Shown here: one piece after another, positions 8,603-18,570 of the stretch
Position numbering within the stretch: the first letter of the stretch is position 1
Layout of the letters: each line of letters begins with the position of its first letter
Assembly (NCBI RefSeq): GCF_003044035.1
Contig: NZ_NVQC01000017.1
Location: 30,001-62,000, forward strand
Source: Candidatus Methylomirabilis limnetica
Lineage (GTDB): Bacteria; Methylomirabilota; Methylomirabilia; Methylomirabilales; Methylomirabilaceae
Length of the DNA: 32,000 nt
Direction of reading: 5' to 3'
The notes under the pieces: generated by a model
Databases searched by the model: none
Told to the model about the DNA's origin: nothing
Seen by the model: only the letters and a program-made list of their open reading frames with translations
Program-made: the position numbers and the translations under genes

Positions 8603-8809
8603 TTAAGCCTTCCCTTCTCCGGATCGCTTTTCCTCATCCTTCTCCTTCTTTGGCGTCACGTCGATGACATCCTTCCCCGTCAACGACTCCTTGAAGCCTC
8701 GGATCGCCTTGCCCAGGCCACTACCGAGTTCCGGTAACCGGGTGGCGCCGAAGAGGAGCATCACGATGACCAGAATGATCAACAACTCTTGAATCCCCAA
8801 CCCAAACAT
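8603..8809 (-). CDS. tatA: twin-arginine translocase subunit TatA/E
   Basis: 68 aa. MFGLGIQELLIILVIVMLLFGATRLPELGSGLGKAIRGFK is the canonical TatA TM plus amphipathic helix. GGAGGAAGG SD lies upstream. Confidence 0.9.
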   Translation of the reverse strand: MFGLGIQELLIILVIVMLLFGATRLPELGSGLGKAIRGFKESLTGKDVIDVTPKKEKDEEKRSGEGKA

Positions 8810-8833
8810 GCGCCTTCCTCCCTGCGAGATCCC

Positions 8834-10747
8834 TCACGCGTAAGGGACCCGCTCATCATTGTGCCGACGGGTCAGCTTGGTATCGTCGAAATGCTCCAGA
8901 AAAGGGATGGCGAACTTCCGACTCACCCCCAGAAGCTCCTTAAACTGCTGGACCGAGATGGCAGCGTGGAGCGTGAAGTGGCCGATGAGCAGCTCCTTCG
9001 CACGGCTATAATGGTCGCGGTGAAGATAGAAGTGATCTTTAATTTTGATCACGATCCCCTCATCGGCAAGGCGATGAAAGATCGTGATCCCGGTCTTACT
9101 GTCTGCTCCGGCCTGGGCAAGCGCCGACTCCAAGTCTGGCGGCTGAAAGCCTGCCTTCTGGTAGATCGCAACTAATCGTTCTTTGACGGCCTGTTCAGGA
9201 GCTGAGAGGGTAGGGCGGTGCAGGAAATGCCGCACCTTCTCTCGGTCGATGGCGATTCGCTGTGTCTTCGCAAGATCCTGCAAGAGGCGAGTGAACAGGG
9301 CCGGCCCAACTTGACGGAGCTTGGACCGAAGCTCTTCCTTCGGCAGTCCATCCTTGAGTGGTTCCTGCCTGTGGAAATCCTCCAGACGGGAAAGAATATC
9401 CGCTGCCAGGCGGTCGTAGCTCATCCGGTGAACGTACCCAAGATCGCCTTTCGCGCCCAACGTCATAGCCACGCCGCCCTCTACGAGGCGCGTGATCTCT
9501 CGCCGTAGCGTGGTCTCGTCCAGGCTGGCCGAAACCCTGAGCGCGTCCAGCGTGATCGGCGCTGGACCGGCTTGCAGCAGCAGGCGTTCGACCTGCTGAC
9601 CCGATGTGCCGGTCTGCAGGACCTTGAGGTGTTCGAGTAATGGCGCCTTAGCGCGCCGCCGCACGGGAGGGTTTGGGTCGAGGATGCTCCCACCGCCAAC
9701 CGTCTGGGCAGGCGAGTAGCTTCGGATCACGTACCGGTCGCCGGCCAGAGCACTGGCCATTCCCTCCAGTCGCAAGTGGGCGAACGTCTCCTCGCCAGGC
9801 TTCAACTCCTCACGATCGAGTAGCACGACGCGGGCCAGAATCTCGCTCGTCCCCAAGTGGAATCGAACCCTTGCCCGATTCCGCAAGGCCCGGGGAGCGT
9901 CCTTCAGCAAGGATAACGACCCGTCGAAGGTCTTGGTGGGTTTCAAAGCGCCCGGAAAGGCCAGAAGATCGCCTCGATTGAGTTGATCCACCTCGAGACC
10001 GGGCAGGTTGATGGCGATCCGCTGCCCCGCCCAGGCCTGTTCCACCGTCTGGCCATGGACCTGCAGGCGGCGGACCCGCGAACGCAGTTCTAAAGGCAGG
10101 ACGACTACCTCGTCCCCGACCCGCACGGTCCCGGACCACAGGGTCCCGGTTACCACAGTGCCGAACCCTTTGATGCTAAAGATCCGATCGATCGGAAGAC
10201 GGAAAATCCCGTCCTGGCGCTTCGGCTCGATCGTCTCGGCCGCCTCGCGCAGCACCGCTCGCAACTGCGGGAGCCCTTGCCCGGTGACAGCGGACACGGC
10301 AACGACCGGCGCGTTCTCGAGAAAGGTCCCGGCCAGGAATCCTTTCAGGTCAGCCTGTACCATCTCCAGCCAATCGGGCTCGACGAGATCGACCTTCGTC
10401 AGTGCCACCACGCCCCTTTTCACCTGAAGCAGCTCACAGATATGCAGGTGCTCCCGCGTTTGCGGCATCACCCCCTCGTCGGCACCGATGACCAGCACTA
10501 CCAGATCGATCCCGCCGATGCCCGCGAGCATCGTCTTGACGAACCGTTCATGCCCCGGGACGTCCACGATCCCGAGCTGAAGGTCATCGGATAGGGCCAG
10601 GTTGGCGAACCCCAGCTCGATGGAAATCCCCCGCTCCTTCTCCTCCTTCAACCGGTCGGTGTCGATGCCGGTCAGGGCCTTGACGAGCGCGGTCTTGCCA
10701 TGATCGATGTGGCCAGCAGTCCCGATGATGATATGCTTCATCGTCAC
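8834..10747 (-). CDS. selB: selenocysteine-specific translation elongation factor SelB
   Basis: 637 aa. GTPase G1 [27 protein letters not shown], plus a long C-terminal winged-helix extension typical of bacterial SelB. The start is possibly MKHIIIG at 10741. Confidence 0.92.
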   Translation of the reverse strand: MTMKHIIIGTAGHIDHGKTALVKALTGIDTDRLKEEKERGISIELGFANLALSDDLQLGIVDVPGHERFVKTMLAGIGGIDLVVLVIGADEGVMPQTREHLHICELLQVKRGVVALTKVDLVEPDWLEMVQADLKGFLAGTFLENAPVVAVSAVTGQGLPQLRAVLREAAETIEPKRQDGIFRLPIDRIFSIKGFGTVVTGTLWSGTVRVGDEVVVLPLELRSRVRRLQVHGQTVEQAWAGQRIAINLPGLEVDQLNRGDLLAFPGALKPTKTFDGSLSLLKDAPRALRNRARVRFHLGTSEILARVVLLDREELKPGEETFAHLRLEGMASALAGDRYVIRSYSPAQTVGGGSILDPNPPVRRRAKAPLLEHLKVLQTGTSGQQVERLLLQAGPAPITLDALRVSASLDETTLRREITRLVEGGVAMTLGAKGDLGYVHRMSYDRLAADILSRLEDFHRQEPLKDGLPKEELRSKLRQVGPALFTRLLQDLAKTQRIAIDREKVRHFLHRPTLSAPEQAVKERLVAIYQKAGFQPPDLESALAQAGADSKTGITIFHRLADEGIVIKIKDHFYLHRDHYSRAKELLIGHFTLHAAISVQQFKELLGVSRKFAIPFLEHFDDTKLTRRHNDERVPYA

Positions 10748-10968
10748 ACCGTCATCGTAACATACGGGGCTTCACGGCAGCAAGATTGAAGTCCCGTAAG
10801 CAATTCGTTACGTCGAGACGTTGCAGATTAGTGGTTGTAATCTGCACTGACCGCATGTCAAGGGTGACATTCCTGCTTGAAGGTGGAGAGTCCTGCTGGT
10901 CAGCGGGAATAGGCTGATCGTTCCTACAGTGCTTGCCATGTTCCGGATCGGTGATAATTTCTTGCTAA

Positions 10969-11223
10969 GCACGGAAAACGCTTGTAGGATTTACCGTAAC
11001 TGTAAGACTCATCAGTAGAGTAGAAGTGGCCGGCCAGGCGTAGGGGTACGCCGAATTCGAGGCGACCATTCGTATTGAGGACGGCGAAATACTCTCCGGC
11101 AACTTGTCTCGCAAGCAACTGCGGCTGGTGTAGGCTTGGATTGAGTTGCATCGTGACGAGCTGATGGCCGATTGGGATCTGGCCGTCAATGGCGAAGTTC
11201 CTTACAAGATTGCTCCCCTGTGA
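10969..11223 (+). pseudogene. DUF4160-family gene remnant with two in-frame TAG codons and no start codon
   Basis: The frame reads ARKTLVGFTVTVRLISRVEVAGQA*GYAEFEATIRIEDGEILSGNLSRKQLRLV*AWIELHRDELMADWDLAVNGEVPYKIAPL*. TAG codons sit at 11041 and 11131. The C-terminal two thirds match my recollection of the DUF4160 pattern. It lies 8 nt upstream of a DUF2442 gene, the usual partner. Confidence 0.6.
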
Positions 11224-11231
11224 GGTGACCT

Positions 11232-11522
11232 ATGCATTGGGATGTCAAGACCGTCAAGCCATTGTCCGACTACCGCATCTTCGTTGAGACCGAAGACGGG
11301 CGGCGGGGGATTTTCGACGTAAAGCCTTACCTGGATCATGGTGTTTTTCGCGAGCTCAGGGATACACATTATTTTAATCGGGTGGGTATCCTATTCGGCG
11401 CAGTTACCTGGCCCCACGCTCAGGACATCGCTCCTGAAACCTTACTTACTGAAATGATACCAATCGAATCTATACCCAACAAGGCGCTCCAGACTAACGC
11501 GCCGCAAGCGGCGCGCCGCTGA
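11232..11522 (+). CDS. DUF2442 domain protein
   Basis: 96 aa. VKTVKPLSDYRIFVETEDGRRGIFDVKPYL...F..L.D..YF..V....GAVTWP...DIAPE is the DUF2442 pattern. Confidence 0.7.
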   Translation: MHWDVKTVKPLSDYRIFVETEDGRRGIFDVKPYLDHGVFRELRDTHYFNRVGILFGAVTWPHAQDIAPETLLTEMIPIESIPNKALQTNAPQAARR

Positions 11523-11714
11523 GCTACGACGATGACGCCTCGCTCCAATTGTGCTTGAATCATCATCCAGTCCTCCTTCCTGAGCACCAATCACTTCCTG
11601 GGTTTATGGCTGATCCCGAGAGGGTAGCCTGAGGGCTCAGTTCGTGGGACATCTTATTTCCTTGTTCCGTGGACATAGATCATCGATGCTGACAATACTG
11701 GCGGAGGTCTTATC

Positions 11715-12383
11715 ATGGGTTCGAAACTAAAGAAATTAACCGCTGAACAACGCCGCCAAGCGCAGCAAGTCACGCTCTCCTCTCCGAGGATGCGATACGG
11801 TATCTTGACCCGCCTCCTCTTCATGACGATGGACCTCGTGTATGGTCGCAAAAAGACGTTCAGCAAATTCAAGGTACTGGAGCTTATCGCCCGCGTGCCG
11901 TATCAGTCTTGGGAGAACGTGGCCTACGTCGCCATTACCCACATGTATGCACAGCGTGATTTTGCCCGCCGGGTCTTCGACCGAGTCAAAGAGGCCCGCG
12001 AGGCTCAAGATAATGAGATGTGGCACTTGCTTATCCTGGAGGAACTCACCCACGCCCGCGGCATTAAGGAAAATGTTCTCCTCTATCGCATCCTGCCCCA
12101 GGTGATCGCCTTCACCTACTACCAGATCTGCTGGCTCATCTACGTCTTTAAGCCGTCGTGGAGCTATCTGTTGAACGCCCACTTTGAGGACCATGCCGAG
12201 CACGAATATATGGAATTCGTGGCGGAAAACCCCCAGTTCGAGTCGGAACCTTTCAGGAGCCTTTTTGAGGAGGACTATGCCTCCTCCGCGAGCGTGGCGG
12301 ACATATTCCGTCAAATCGGGCATGACGAGCGGATGCACAAGGAAGAGAGTCTGGAAGCGATCGCGACGGCCCGATTTCAGTGA
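11715..12383 (+). CDS. alternative oxidase / plastid terminal oxidase-like membrane di-iron carboxylate protein
   Basis: 222 aa. Four iron-ligand motifs in AOX order: LELIARVP, EAQDNEMWHL (ExxH), FEDHAEHEYMEF, GHDERMHKEE (ExxH). GGAGG SD 8 nt upstream. Confidence 0.75.
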   Translation: MGSKLKKLTAEQRRQAQQVTLSSPRMRYGILTRLLFMTMDLVYGRKKTFSKFKVLELIARVPYQSWENVAYVAITHMYAQRDFARRVFDRVKEAREAQDNEMWHLLILEELTHARGIKENVLLYRILPQVIAFTYYQICWLIYVFKPSWSYLLNAHFEDHAEHEYMEFVAENPQFESEPFRSLFEEDYASSASVADIFRQIGHDERMHKEESLEAIATARFQ

Positions 12384-12438
12384 GAGGGATAAGTCGGTAC
12401 CCCTCTTCCCGAATCAGGAATCGCCGATTGGAAATACT

Positions 12439-13485
12439 TTACGGGACGCGGGCCTCAACGGCTGCCGAGGCGACACTTTCGTTGCGTCTAAGAGAAGCGT
12501 CAACGGCCGTGACCGTGTAGGTGTACCGACCTCCTGGTCGGACCGTTCGGTCAGTCAGGATTGGCGACTTAAGCGGGGCTTCTGTTAGTCGCTTGGGAAG
12601 ACGCTCTGCGGCGTCGCTTCGATAGACCAGATAGCCGAGCAGGTCCGATTCTCGGTTTAGCTCCCAGCTCAGTGAGACTACCGCGCCGGGCCCAGCAACC
12701 GCCCGTACACCTCGGGGAGGGGCCGGAGGCGTCAGATCAACCGGCGCAGCGCTCACCTCGCTGGACGACAACCCCTCCTGCCATGGCGGCTCCTGACTCT
12801 CCACCGCCATCACGCTGTAGTAGTACGTCTGATCGTTAATCAGATTCGCATCCTGAAACTGCGTGCCCCGGACTGGCTCCCGATTGATCGGGGATGGATC
12901 GTATCGGCCTGGGCTGGCGCCCCGGTAGATGTTATACCTTGGGACTATGGCCAGCGGGCTTGCATCAGCTCGTCGGGTCGGCGCAACCCACGAGAGGCGG
13001 ATCGCTCGTTCGCCAGCCTCTGCTCGTAAGCTAGAGGGGGCCTCCATCTCGACGGTGACAAGGGTGGTCGCCTCCGCTGACGGTGGCCCGACGATCCCTC
13101 GCCGGCTCACCGCCTCGATTGAATAGGCATACTTCCCTCCCACGACCACATGGCTATCGGTAAAGGCAAACCGAGCGCCAGAAACGATGGCGTTCTCCGG
13201 CTTCTCAGCCTTCACGGTGGCAATGACCGAGTGGGCAGAGGTCTGGGGGGTCATTTGCTGTCTGGAGATTCGGAACGCGGCCAGGTATTTCAGCACAGTG
13301 CCGTCAACATTGGTCGTCGGCCTGGTCCACGCGAGGACCACCGCACGGCTCCGCACAAGAGCCGTCAGATCGGTCGGTGGCGATGGCTCCGCCAGGATCG
13401 GAACCACAGGCGGACCACTCCGGCCGCACCCGGAAAGCACAAGAAAGCCAAGAGACGCTACAACGATGACCTGCCTAATTCGCAT
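12439..13485 (-). CDS. lipoprotein with three fibronectin type III-like repeats
   Basis: 348 aa. Signal peptide plus lipobox MRIRQVIVVASLGFLVLSGC. Three repeats of the pattern P(P)..L.A......V.LSW........L.GY.(I/V)YR. The ATG lies 1 nt after the argH stop, with GGAG inside the argH 3' end. Confidence 0.75.
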   Translation of the reverse strand: MRIRQVIVVASLGFLVLSGCGRSGPPVVPILAEPSPPTDLTALVRSRAVVLAWTRPTTNVDGTVLKYLAAFRISRQQMTPQTSAHSVIATVKAEKPENAIVSGARFAFTDSHVVVGGKYAYSIEAVSRRGIVGPPSAEATTLVTVEMEAPSSLRAEAGERAIRLSWVAPTRRADASPLAIVPRYNIYRGASPGRYDPSPINREPVRGTQFQDANLINDQTYYYSVMAVESQEPPWQEGLSSSEVSAAPVDLTPPAPPRGVRAVAGPGAVVSLSWELNRESDLLGYLVYRSDAAERLPKRLTEAPLKSPILTDRTVRPGGRYTYTVTAVDASLRRNESVASAAVEARVP

Positions 13486-13486
13486 C

Positions 13487-14884
13487 TTATCGACTCCGAA
13501 GTTTGACCTTGGCGGCCTTGATCGCCTTCTTCACCGCGCCCGTCGCGGTCCCGCCGATGGCCGTACGGCGCTTAATACACGCCTCCAGGGTGATGTAGGC
13601 AAAGACATCCCGTTCGAAAAGTGGAGAAGCAGCCTGCAGTTCGTCTAGAGAAAGTTCCTCGAGCCGACACCTCCTGGCCAGCGCGCGTCGAACGAGAAGG
13701 CCCACCATCTCGTGAGTTTGCCGGAACGGCATTCCCTTGCGCACCAGGTAGTCGGCCAGATCGGTAGCGTTTAAGAATCCGTCCTCGGCGGCCTGTCGCA
13801 TACGATCCCCACAAAACGTAAGTCGACTTACCAGCGACGCCATAACGAGGAGGGTAGCCTTAACGCTATCCGCGCTGTCGAAGAGGGGTTCCTTGTCCTC
13901 CTGCAGATCGCGGTTATAGCTGAGCGGGAGTCCCTTGACGATGGTAAGCAGCGCCACCAGGGCCCCGAAGGTGCGGCCGGTCTTCCCTCGTGCCAGCTCC
14001 GCCACATCCGGGTTCTTTTTCTGGGGCATCATACTGGAGCCGGTAGCGAAGGCATCGGGCAACTCGATGAAACCAAACTCTGCTGATGCCCACAGGACAA
14101 TCTCTTCTGCCAGGCGGGACAGGTGCGTCATCAGGAGCGCAAAGGCAAACAGCGGCTCGATGACGAAGTCGCGGTCCGAGACCGCATCCAGCGAGTTGGC
14201 CGACAGCGCCCGAAACCGAAGCTCTTTGGCTACAAAGCGGCGATCGATCGGCAGGCCGACCCCAGCCAAGGCGCCTGAGCCGAGAGGGAGCACATCTACC
14301 CTGCGAAGCGCATCGTGAAGCCTGGCGCGATCTCGCTCCAGCATCTCGACGTACGCCATCAGGTGGTGCGCCAGGAGGACCGGCTGAGCCCGCTGCATGT
14401 GGGTGTAGCCTGGCATGATCAGGTCAAGATGGGCTTCGGCCTGAGCGATCAGGGCCTGCTCAAGCCCTACAGCCAGGCGGCGAACCTCTCCGATCTCATC
14501 TCGCAGATAGAGCCGCAGATCGAGGGCAACCTGGTCATTCCGACTCCGGCCGGTGTGGAGCTTTGCGCCGGCCTCTCCAACCTTCTCAATCAGCCGGGCC
14601 TCGATCGCCATGTGGATGTCTTCCAACGAGGGATCGAAACGAAACTCTCCGCGCTCGATCTCGCCCCCAATCTCTTCAAGCCCCGCCACGATCTTGTCCG
14701 CCTCGGCCTTGGTCAGCAGGCCGCACTTCGCCAGCATCCGCGCGTGCGCGACACTGCCGGCAATGTCGTACTTGTAGAGGCGACGGTCAAACTGGATAGA
14801 GGCGGTATACGCTTCCACTCCCGGATCGGTCGCCTGCGCGAACCGCCCGCCCCAGGGCTTGAGGGTTTTCCGTTTCACCGTCAT
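13487..14884 (-). CDS. argH: argininosuccinate lyase
   Basis: 465 aa. Fumarate-lyase signature [13 protein letters not shown]-terminal WGGRF is typical of ArgH. Confidence 0.95.
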   Translation of the reverse strand: MTVKRKTLKPWGGRFAQATDPGVEAYTASIQFDRRLYKYDIAGSVAHARMLAKCGLLTKAEADKIVAGLEEIGGEIERGEFRFDPSLEDIHMAIEARLIEKVGEAGAKLHTGRSRNDQVALDLRLYLRDEIGEVRRLAVGLEQALIAQAEAHLDLIMPGYTHMQRAQPVLLAHHLMAYVEMLERDRARLHDALRRVDVLPLGSGALAGVGLPIDRRFVAKELRFRALSANSLDAVSDRDFVIEPLFAFALLMTHLSRLAEEIVLWASAEFGFIELPDAFATGSSMMPQKKNPDVAELARGKTGRTFGALVALLTIVKGLPLSYNRDLQEDKEPLFDSADSVKATLLVMASLVSRLTFCGDRMRQAAEDGFLNATDLADYLVRKGMPFRQTHEMVGLLVRRALARRCRLEELSLDELQAASPLFERDVFAYITLEACIKRRTAIGGTATGAVKKAIKAAKVKLRSR

Positions 14885-16185
14885 AGACCTGAGCGCTTCC
14901 CTTTCGTGCCCAGCGCCCTAAATCCCCCCGTACCCCCCTTTTGTAAAGGGGGGGTGGCGGGATTTTTGCACTGTTTTTTTGACGCCCGAATCCTAAGCCG
15001 CAATGCGTTCAGGCGGATGAACCCCTCGGCGTCTGAATGGCGGTACACCTGGTCCGCCTCAAATGTCGCGAGGGCTGGATCATACAGCGAGACGGCCGAC
15101 TTACGCCCCACAACCTCGCAGTTGCCTTTGTAAAGCTTGACCCGCGCCGTGCCGGTCACCCCCTGCTGCGACGCCTCGATTGTCCGCATCAGCAGTTCCA
15201 TCTCCGGGGAGAACCAATAGCCATAGTAGACCAGTTCTGAGAAGCGGGGGATGAGGGAGTCGCGGAGGTGCATGACCTCGCGATCCATCGTCAGCGATTC
15301 CACGGCGCGGTGGGCGGCATGCAGGATGGTTCCGCCAGGCGTCTCGTACACCCCCCGCGACTTCATCCCGACGTAGCGGTTTTCGACCACATCGACTCGA
15401 CCGATCCCATGTTCACCGCCGAGCTTGTTCAGGCGCTGAAGCAGCCTGGCCGGCGAGAGGCGCTTGTCGTCCAGCGCGACAGGCTGACCGTCCTGAAACT
15501 CCACCTCGACATAGGTCGCGCGATCCGGAGCTTTCTCCGGTGATACGCTCAAGACGAACATCTCTTCCGGCGGCTCCTGCCAAGGGTCCTCCAGCACCCC
15601 GCCCTCGAAGCTGATGTGAAACAGGTTGCGGTCGGTGCTGTAGGGCCGCGCCTTCGTGGTCGGCACCGGGATGTCGTGCCTCTTTGCGTAGGCAATAAGA
15701 TCAGTTCGCGAATTGAGGCGCCATTCGCGCCATGGTGCAATAACCCGGATGTGCGGGTCGATCGCATAGTAGGCGAGTTCAAACCGGACCTGATCGTTCC
15801 CTTTTCCGGTTGCGCCGTGCGCCACTGCGTCCGCACCCTCCTTTCTCGCCACCGCCATCTGGTGCTTCGAAATCAGCGGCCTCGCCATCGAGGTGCCGAG
15901 CAGGTAGCGCCCCTCATAGACGGCATTCGCCTTCACACAGGGAAAGACGAAGTCCCGGACAAACTCCTCCCTCAGATCTTTGATGTAGACCTTGCTGGCA
16001 CCCGTCTTCAGCGCTTTCTCGCGAACCTCATCCAGCTCCTCCCCCTGCCCCAGATCGGCGCAGAAGGCAATGACCTCTGCCTGGTAGGTCTCGATGAGCC
16101 AGCGCAGGATCACCGACGTGTCGAGCCCGCCGGAGTAGGCCAGTACGATCTTCTTCACTCGCTTCGTCTGGATTTGTGATTTCAT
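14881..16185 (-). CDS. argG: argininosuccinate synthase with REP-encoded C-terminal tail
   Basis: [13 protein letters not shown] and [12 protein letters not shown] signatures. I prefer the ATG at 16185 (MKSQIQ..) over the track start at 16224. The last ~30 codons (..[32 protein letters not shown]) read through palindrome 14919..14967. The stop overlaps the argH ATG (ATGA). Confidence 0.92.
   Translation of the reverse strand: MKSQIQTKRVKKIVLAYSGGLDTSVILRWLIETYQAEVIAFCADLGQGEELDEVREKALKTGASKVYIKDLREEFVRDFVFPCVKANAVYEGRYLLGTSMARPLISKHQMAVARKEGADAVAHGATGKGNDQVRFELAYYAIDPHIRVIAPWREWRLNSRTDLIAYAKRHDIPVPTTKARPYSTDRNLFHISFEGGVLEDPWQEPPEEMFVLSVSPEKAPDRATYVEVEFQDGQPVALDDKRLSPARLLQRLNKLGGEHGIGRVDVVENRYVGMKSRGVYETPGGTILHAAHRAVESLTMDREVMHLRDSLIPRFSELVYYGYWFSPEMELLMRTIEASQQGVTGTARVKLYKGNCEVVGRKSAVSLYDPALATFEADQVYRHSDAEGFIRLNALRLRIRASKKQCKNPATPPLQKGGTGGFRALGTKGKRSGL
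14919..14967. repeat. REP-like palindrome family B (AAATCCCCC-N-CCCCCCTTT-N-AAAGGGGGG-N-GGGGGATTT)
   Basis: TAAATCCCCCCGTACCCCCCTTTTGTAAAGGGGGGGTGGCGGGATTTTT. Related copies at 16225..16272 and 18511..18559. Confidence 0.8.
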
Positions 16186-16224
16186 AGGAACACCCCCATG
16201 AGGCACGGCCGCGTCACAGCGCAC

Positions 16225-16272
16225 GAAAACCCCCTAACCCCCCTTTAGCAAAGGGGGGATGCGGGGGATTTG
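16225..16272. repeat. REP-like palindrome family B, argF/argG junction
   Basis: GAAAACCCCCTAACCCCCCTTTAGCAAAGGGGGGATGCGGGGGATTTGG. Confidence 0.8.
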
Positions 16273-16309
16273 GCAAATGGAATTTTCTGAGGAACTGTTA
16301 CGATACTCA

Positions 16310-17242
16310 TTACGGTTCTCGATGTCCCAACAGCTTCGCCAGGATGGCCTTCTGCACATGCAGTCTATTTTCAGCCTCGTCATACACAATCGAATGCGGG
16401 CCATCGAGGACCTCATCGGTAATCTCTTCGCCACGATGGGCCGGCAGGCAGTGCATGACCAGCACGTCTGGTGTGGCTAATCCGATAAGTGTCGCGTTGA
16501 CCTGAAACCCTTGGAAGTCCCGCCGCCGCTTTGCCGCCTCTGACTCCTGACCCATGCTGGTCCAGACATCGGTATACAGGACATCGGCTCCCGCCGCCGC
16601 AGCCCTCGCATCGTCCAGTAGCGTAATCCTCCCACCGGAGGCTTCGGCCTCTTGGTGGGCGAACGCCACAACGTCAGCATCCGGCTCATATCCCTTTGGA
16701 CAGGCCACGGTGAGATCAATGGCAGTCTTCGCCGCGCCGTAGAGCCATGAATGACAGACATTATTGCCGTCACCGATGTAGGCGACCTTCACGCCGCGAA
16801 GCGGACCGCGCTTTTCCCGAAGGGTGAAGAGGTCCGCAAGGATCTGGCACGGGTGAGTCCGGTCACTCAGCCCATTGATAACCGGAACCGCAGCATGCCG
16901 GGCTAGTTGCTCGACGGTCTGGTGGGTAAATGTCCGGGCCATAATCCCATCCACCCATCGTTCGAGATTCTTCGCCACATCCTTGACGGTTTCCCGTTTC
17001 CCTAACTGGATGTCAGCCGGAGCCAGATAGATGGCGCGCCCGCCCAACTGGGCCATGCCGACCTCAAAGGTGACCCTGGTCCTGAGTGACGGCTTCTCGA
17101 ATATCATGCCCAATGTCTTGCCGGTGAGCAGTGGGTGGGCGATCCCCTTGCGTTGCTGCGCCTTCAGGTCGGCAGCAAGATCAAATAGGCCGTCTATCTC
17201 TAAAACCGTCAGGTCTCTGATCGACAGGAGGTCTTTCGTCAT
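16310..17242 (-). CDS. argF: ornithine carbamoyltransferase
   Basis: 310 aa. FEKPSLRTRVTFE carbamoyl-phosphate site, HPCQILAD, HCLPAHRGEE. Confidence 0.93.
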   Translation of the reverse strand: MTKDLLSIRDLTVLEIDGLFDLAADLKAQQRKGIAHPLLTGKTLGMIFEKPSLRTRVTFEVGMAQLGGRAIYLAPADIQLGKRETVKDVAKNLERWVDGIMARTFTHQTVEQLARHAAVPVINGLSDRTHPCQILADLFTLREKRGPLRGVKVAYIGDGNNVCHSWLYGAAKTAIDLTVACPKGYEPDADVVAFAHQEAEASGGRITLLDDARAAAAGADVLYTDVWTSMGQESEAAKRRRDFQGFQVNATLIGLATPDVLVMHCLPAHRGEEITDEVLDGPHSIVYDEAENRLHVQKAILAKLLGHREP

Positions 17243-18450
17243 CGAGATTCCTCAGTCAGGACTCGTTCAAGAATGTGCATCGCCTCATCCACCTCGGCCT
17301 CACCGATGATCAGTGGTGGAACAAAGCGAAGGACCTGGTCGCCCGCGGTCAGGATCAGCAGGCCGCGTTCCAGGCACCGATCGACGATCGGTTTGGCCGG
17401 CACGCTGAGTTCCAGGGCGAGCATCAGCCCCTTGCCTCTGGCCTCTTTCACGATGGGGCAGCGATCGGCCAATTTCTGAAGACGTTCCAGGAAGTAGGCG
17501 CCGATCCTGGCTGCCCGCTCAGGCAACTGCGCGTCGAGGATCTCGGTCAGCACCGCGTGGGCGACAGCCGTGACGAACGGGTTGCCGCCGAAGGTCGACG
17601 CGTGGCTGCCCGGAACGAACGCGCCTGCCACGGCATCCTTCGCCAGCATGGCGCCGATCGGGAGTCCGCCGCCCAGCCCCTTGGCGAGCGTCATGATGTC
17701 GGGCTCAATCAGGGAGTGCGCATACGCAAAGAGCCGCCCAGTCCGCCCCATCCCCGTCTGGACCTCATCCAGGATCAAAAGGACGTCACGTTCCGAACAA
17801 AGCTGCCGGAGTCCTGGCAGGTAGTCATCGTCCGGCACCCGCACGCCGCTCTCGCCCTGGATCGGCTCCACCAGCACGGCACAGGTCCGGGGATCGATCG
17901 CCCGCTCCGCCGCCGGCAGGTCATTGAAGGGGATGTGCTTGAAGCCCGGCAAGAGCGGCTCGAAACCCTGGCTGTACTTCGCCTGACCCGTGGCGGTCAC
18001 CGTCGCCATCGTCCGGCCGTGAAATGAGTCCCGCATGCAGACAATCTCATACCGGTCGGAGCTCCACCGCGCCTTGGCATAGCGGCGAGCCAGCTTGATC
18101 GCCGCCTCATTCGCTTCTGCTCCGCTATTGCAGAAGAAGACCTTGCCGCCAAACGCGTGTTCGCACAGTGCGCGGGCCAACCGAATCTGCGGCTCGATAA
18201 AGTAGAGGTTAGAGACGTGCAGCAGCAGCTCCGCCTGCGCCCTGATGGCTTCTACCATTTTGGGGTGACAATGACCCAGGACATCTACGGCGATCCCGGC
18301 AGCAAAGTCAAGGTAAGCCCTACCCTCAGCGTCCCAGACCCGAACACCGCTGCCCTTCACCAGCACCACCGGGAAGCGGGCATAGATGTTAGTCAGGTAG
18401 CGAGTCGCCTGCGACATTAATTCGTCGGTTAAGGTTCCGATTTGCGTCAT
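17239..18450 (-). CDS. argD: acetylornithine aminotransferase
   Basis: 403 aa class-III aminotransferase. FCNSGAEANEAAIKLAR, LILDEVQTGMGRTG, PLP-lysine context DIMTLAKGLGGG. 4-nt overlap with argF. Confidence 0.9.
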   Translation of the reverse strand: MTQIGTLTDELMSQATRYLTNIYARFPVVLVKGSGVRVWDAEGRAYLDFAAGIAVDVLGHCHPKMVEAIRAQAELLLHVSNLYFIEPQIRLARALCEHAFGGKVFFCNSGAEANEAAIKLARRYAKARWSSDRYEIVCMRDSFHGRTMATVTATGQAKYSQGFEPLLPGFKHIPFNDLPAAERAIDPRTCAVLVEPIQGESGVRVPDDDYLPGLRQLCSERDVLLILDEVQTGMGRTGRLFAYAHSLIEPDIMTLAKGLGGGLPIGAMLAKDAVAGAFVPGSHASTFGGNPFVTAVAHAVLTEILDAQLPERAARIGAYFLERLQKLADRCPIVKEARGKGLMLALELSVPAKPIVDRCLERGLLILTAGDQVLRFVPPLIIGEAEVDEAMHILERVLTEESR

Positions 18451-18475
18451 GTCGTGCTACCACGCATCCCGTGCG

Positions 18476-18498
18476 GGCGCAGCAAGCAGCGCCCCTAC
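18476..18498. repeat. REP family A half-element
   Basis: GGGCGCAGCAAGCAGCGCCCCTAC shares the 23-mer at 1310..1332. Confidence 0.6.
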
Positions 18499-18510
18499 GT
18501 TCCGTTGTAC

Positions 18511-18559
18511 CAAAACCCCCCTCGCCCCCCTTTACCAAAGGGGGGTTGGGGGGATTTTG
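18511..18559. repeat. REP-like palindrome family B, argB/argD junction
   Basis: CAAAACCCCCCTCGCCCCCCTTTACCAAAGGGGGGTTGGGGGGATTTTG. Confidence 0.8.
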
Positions 18560-18570
18560 ACTTCGCACCC

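Noticed and set aside
10765-10846. Two hairpins (CGGGGCTTCA..TGAAGTCCCG and TGCAGATTA..TAATCTGCA) in the selB / DUF4160 divergent region as regulatory elements.
   Set aside because: They are real inverted repeats, but no function can be argued from sequence alone. They may simply be further REP-type debris, so they are not reported as features.
11041-11133. The two in-frame TAG codons in the DUF4160 frame as amber recoding or pyrrolysine.
   Set aside because: TAG terminates several well-defined genes here (ugd, trmFO, dprA, the IPTL-CTERM gene). The DUF4160 frame also lacks a start codon. This points to a pseudogene.
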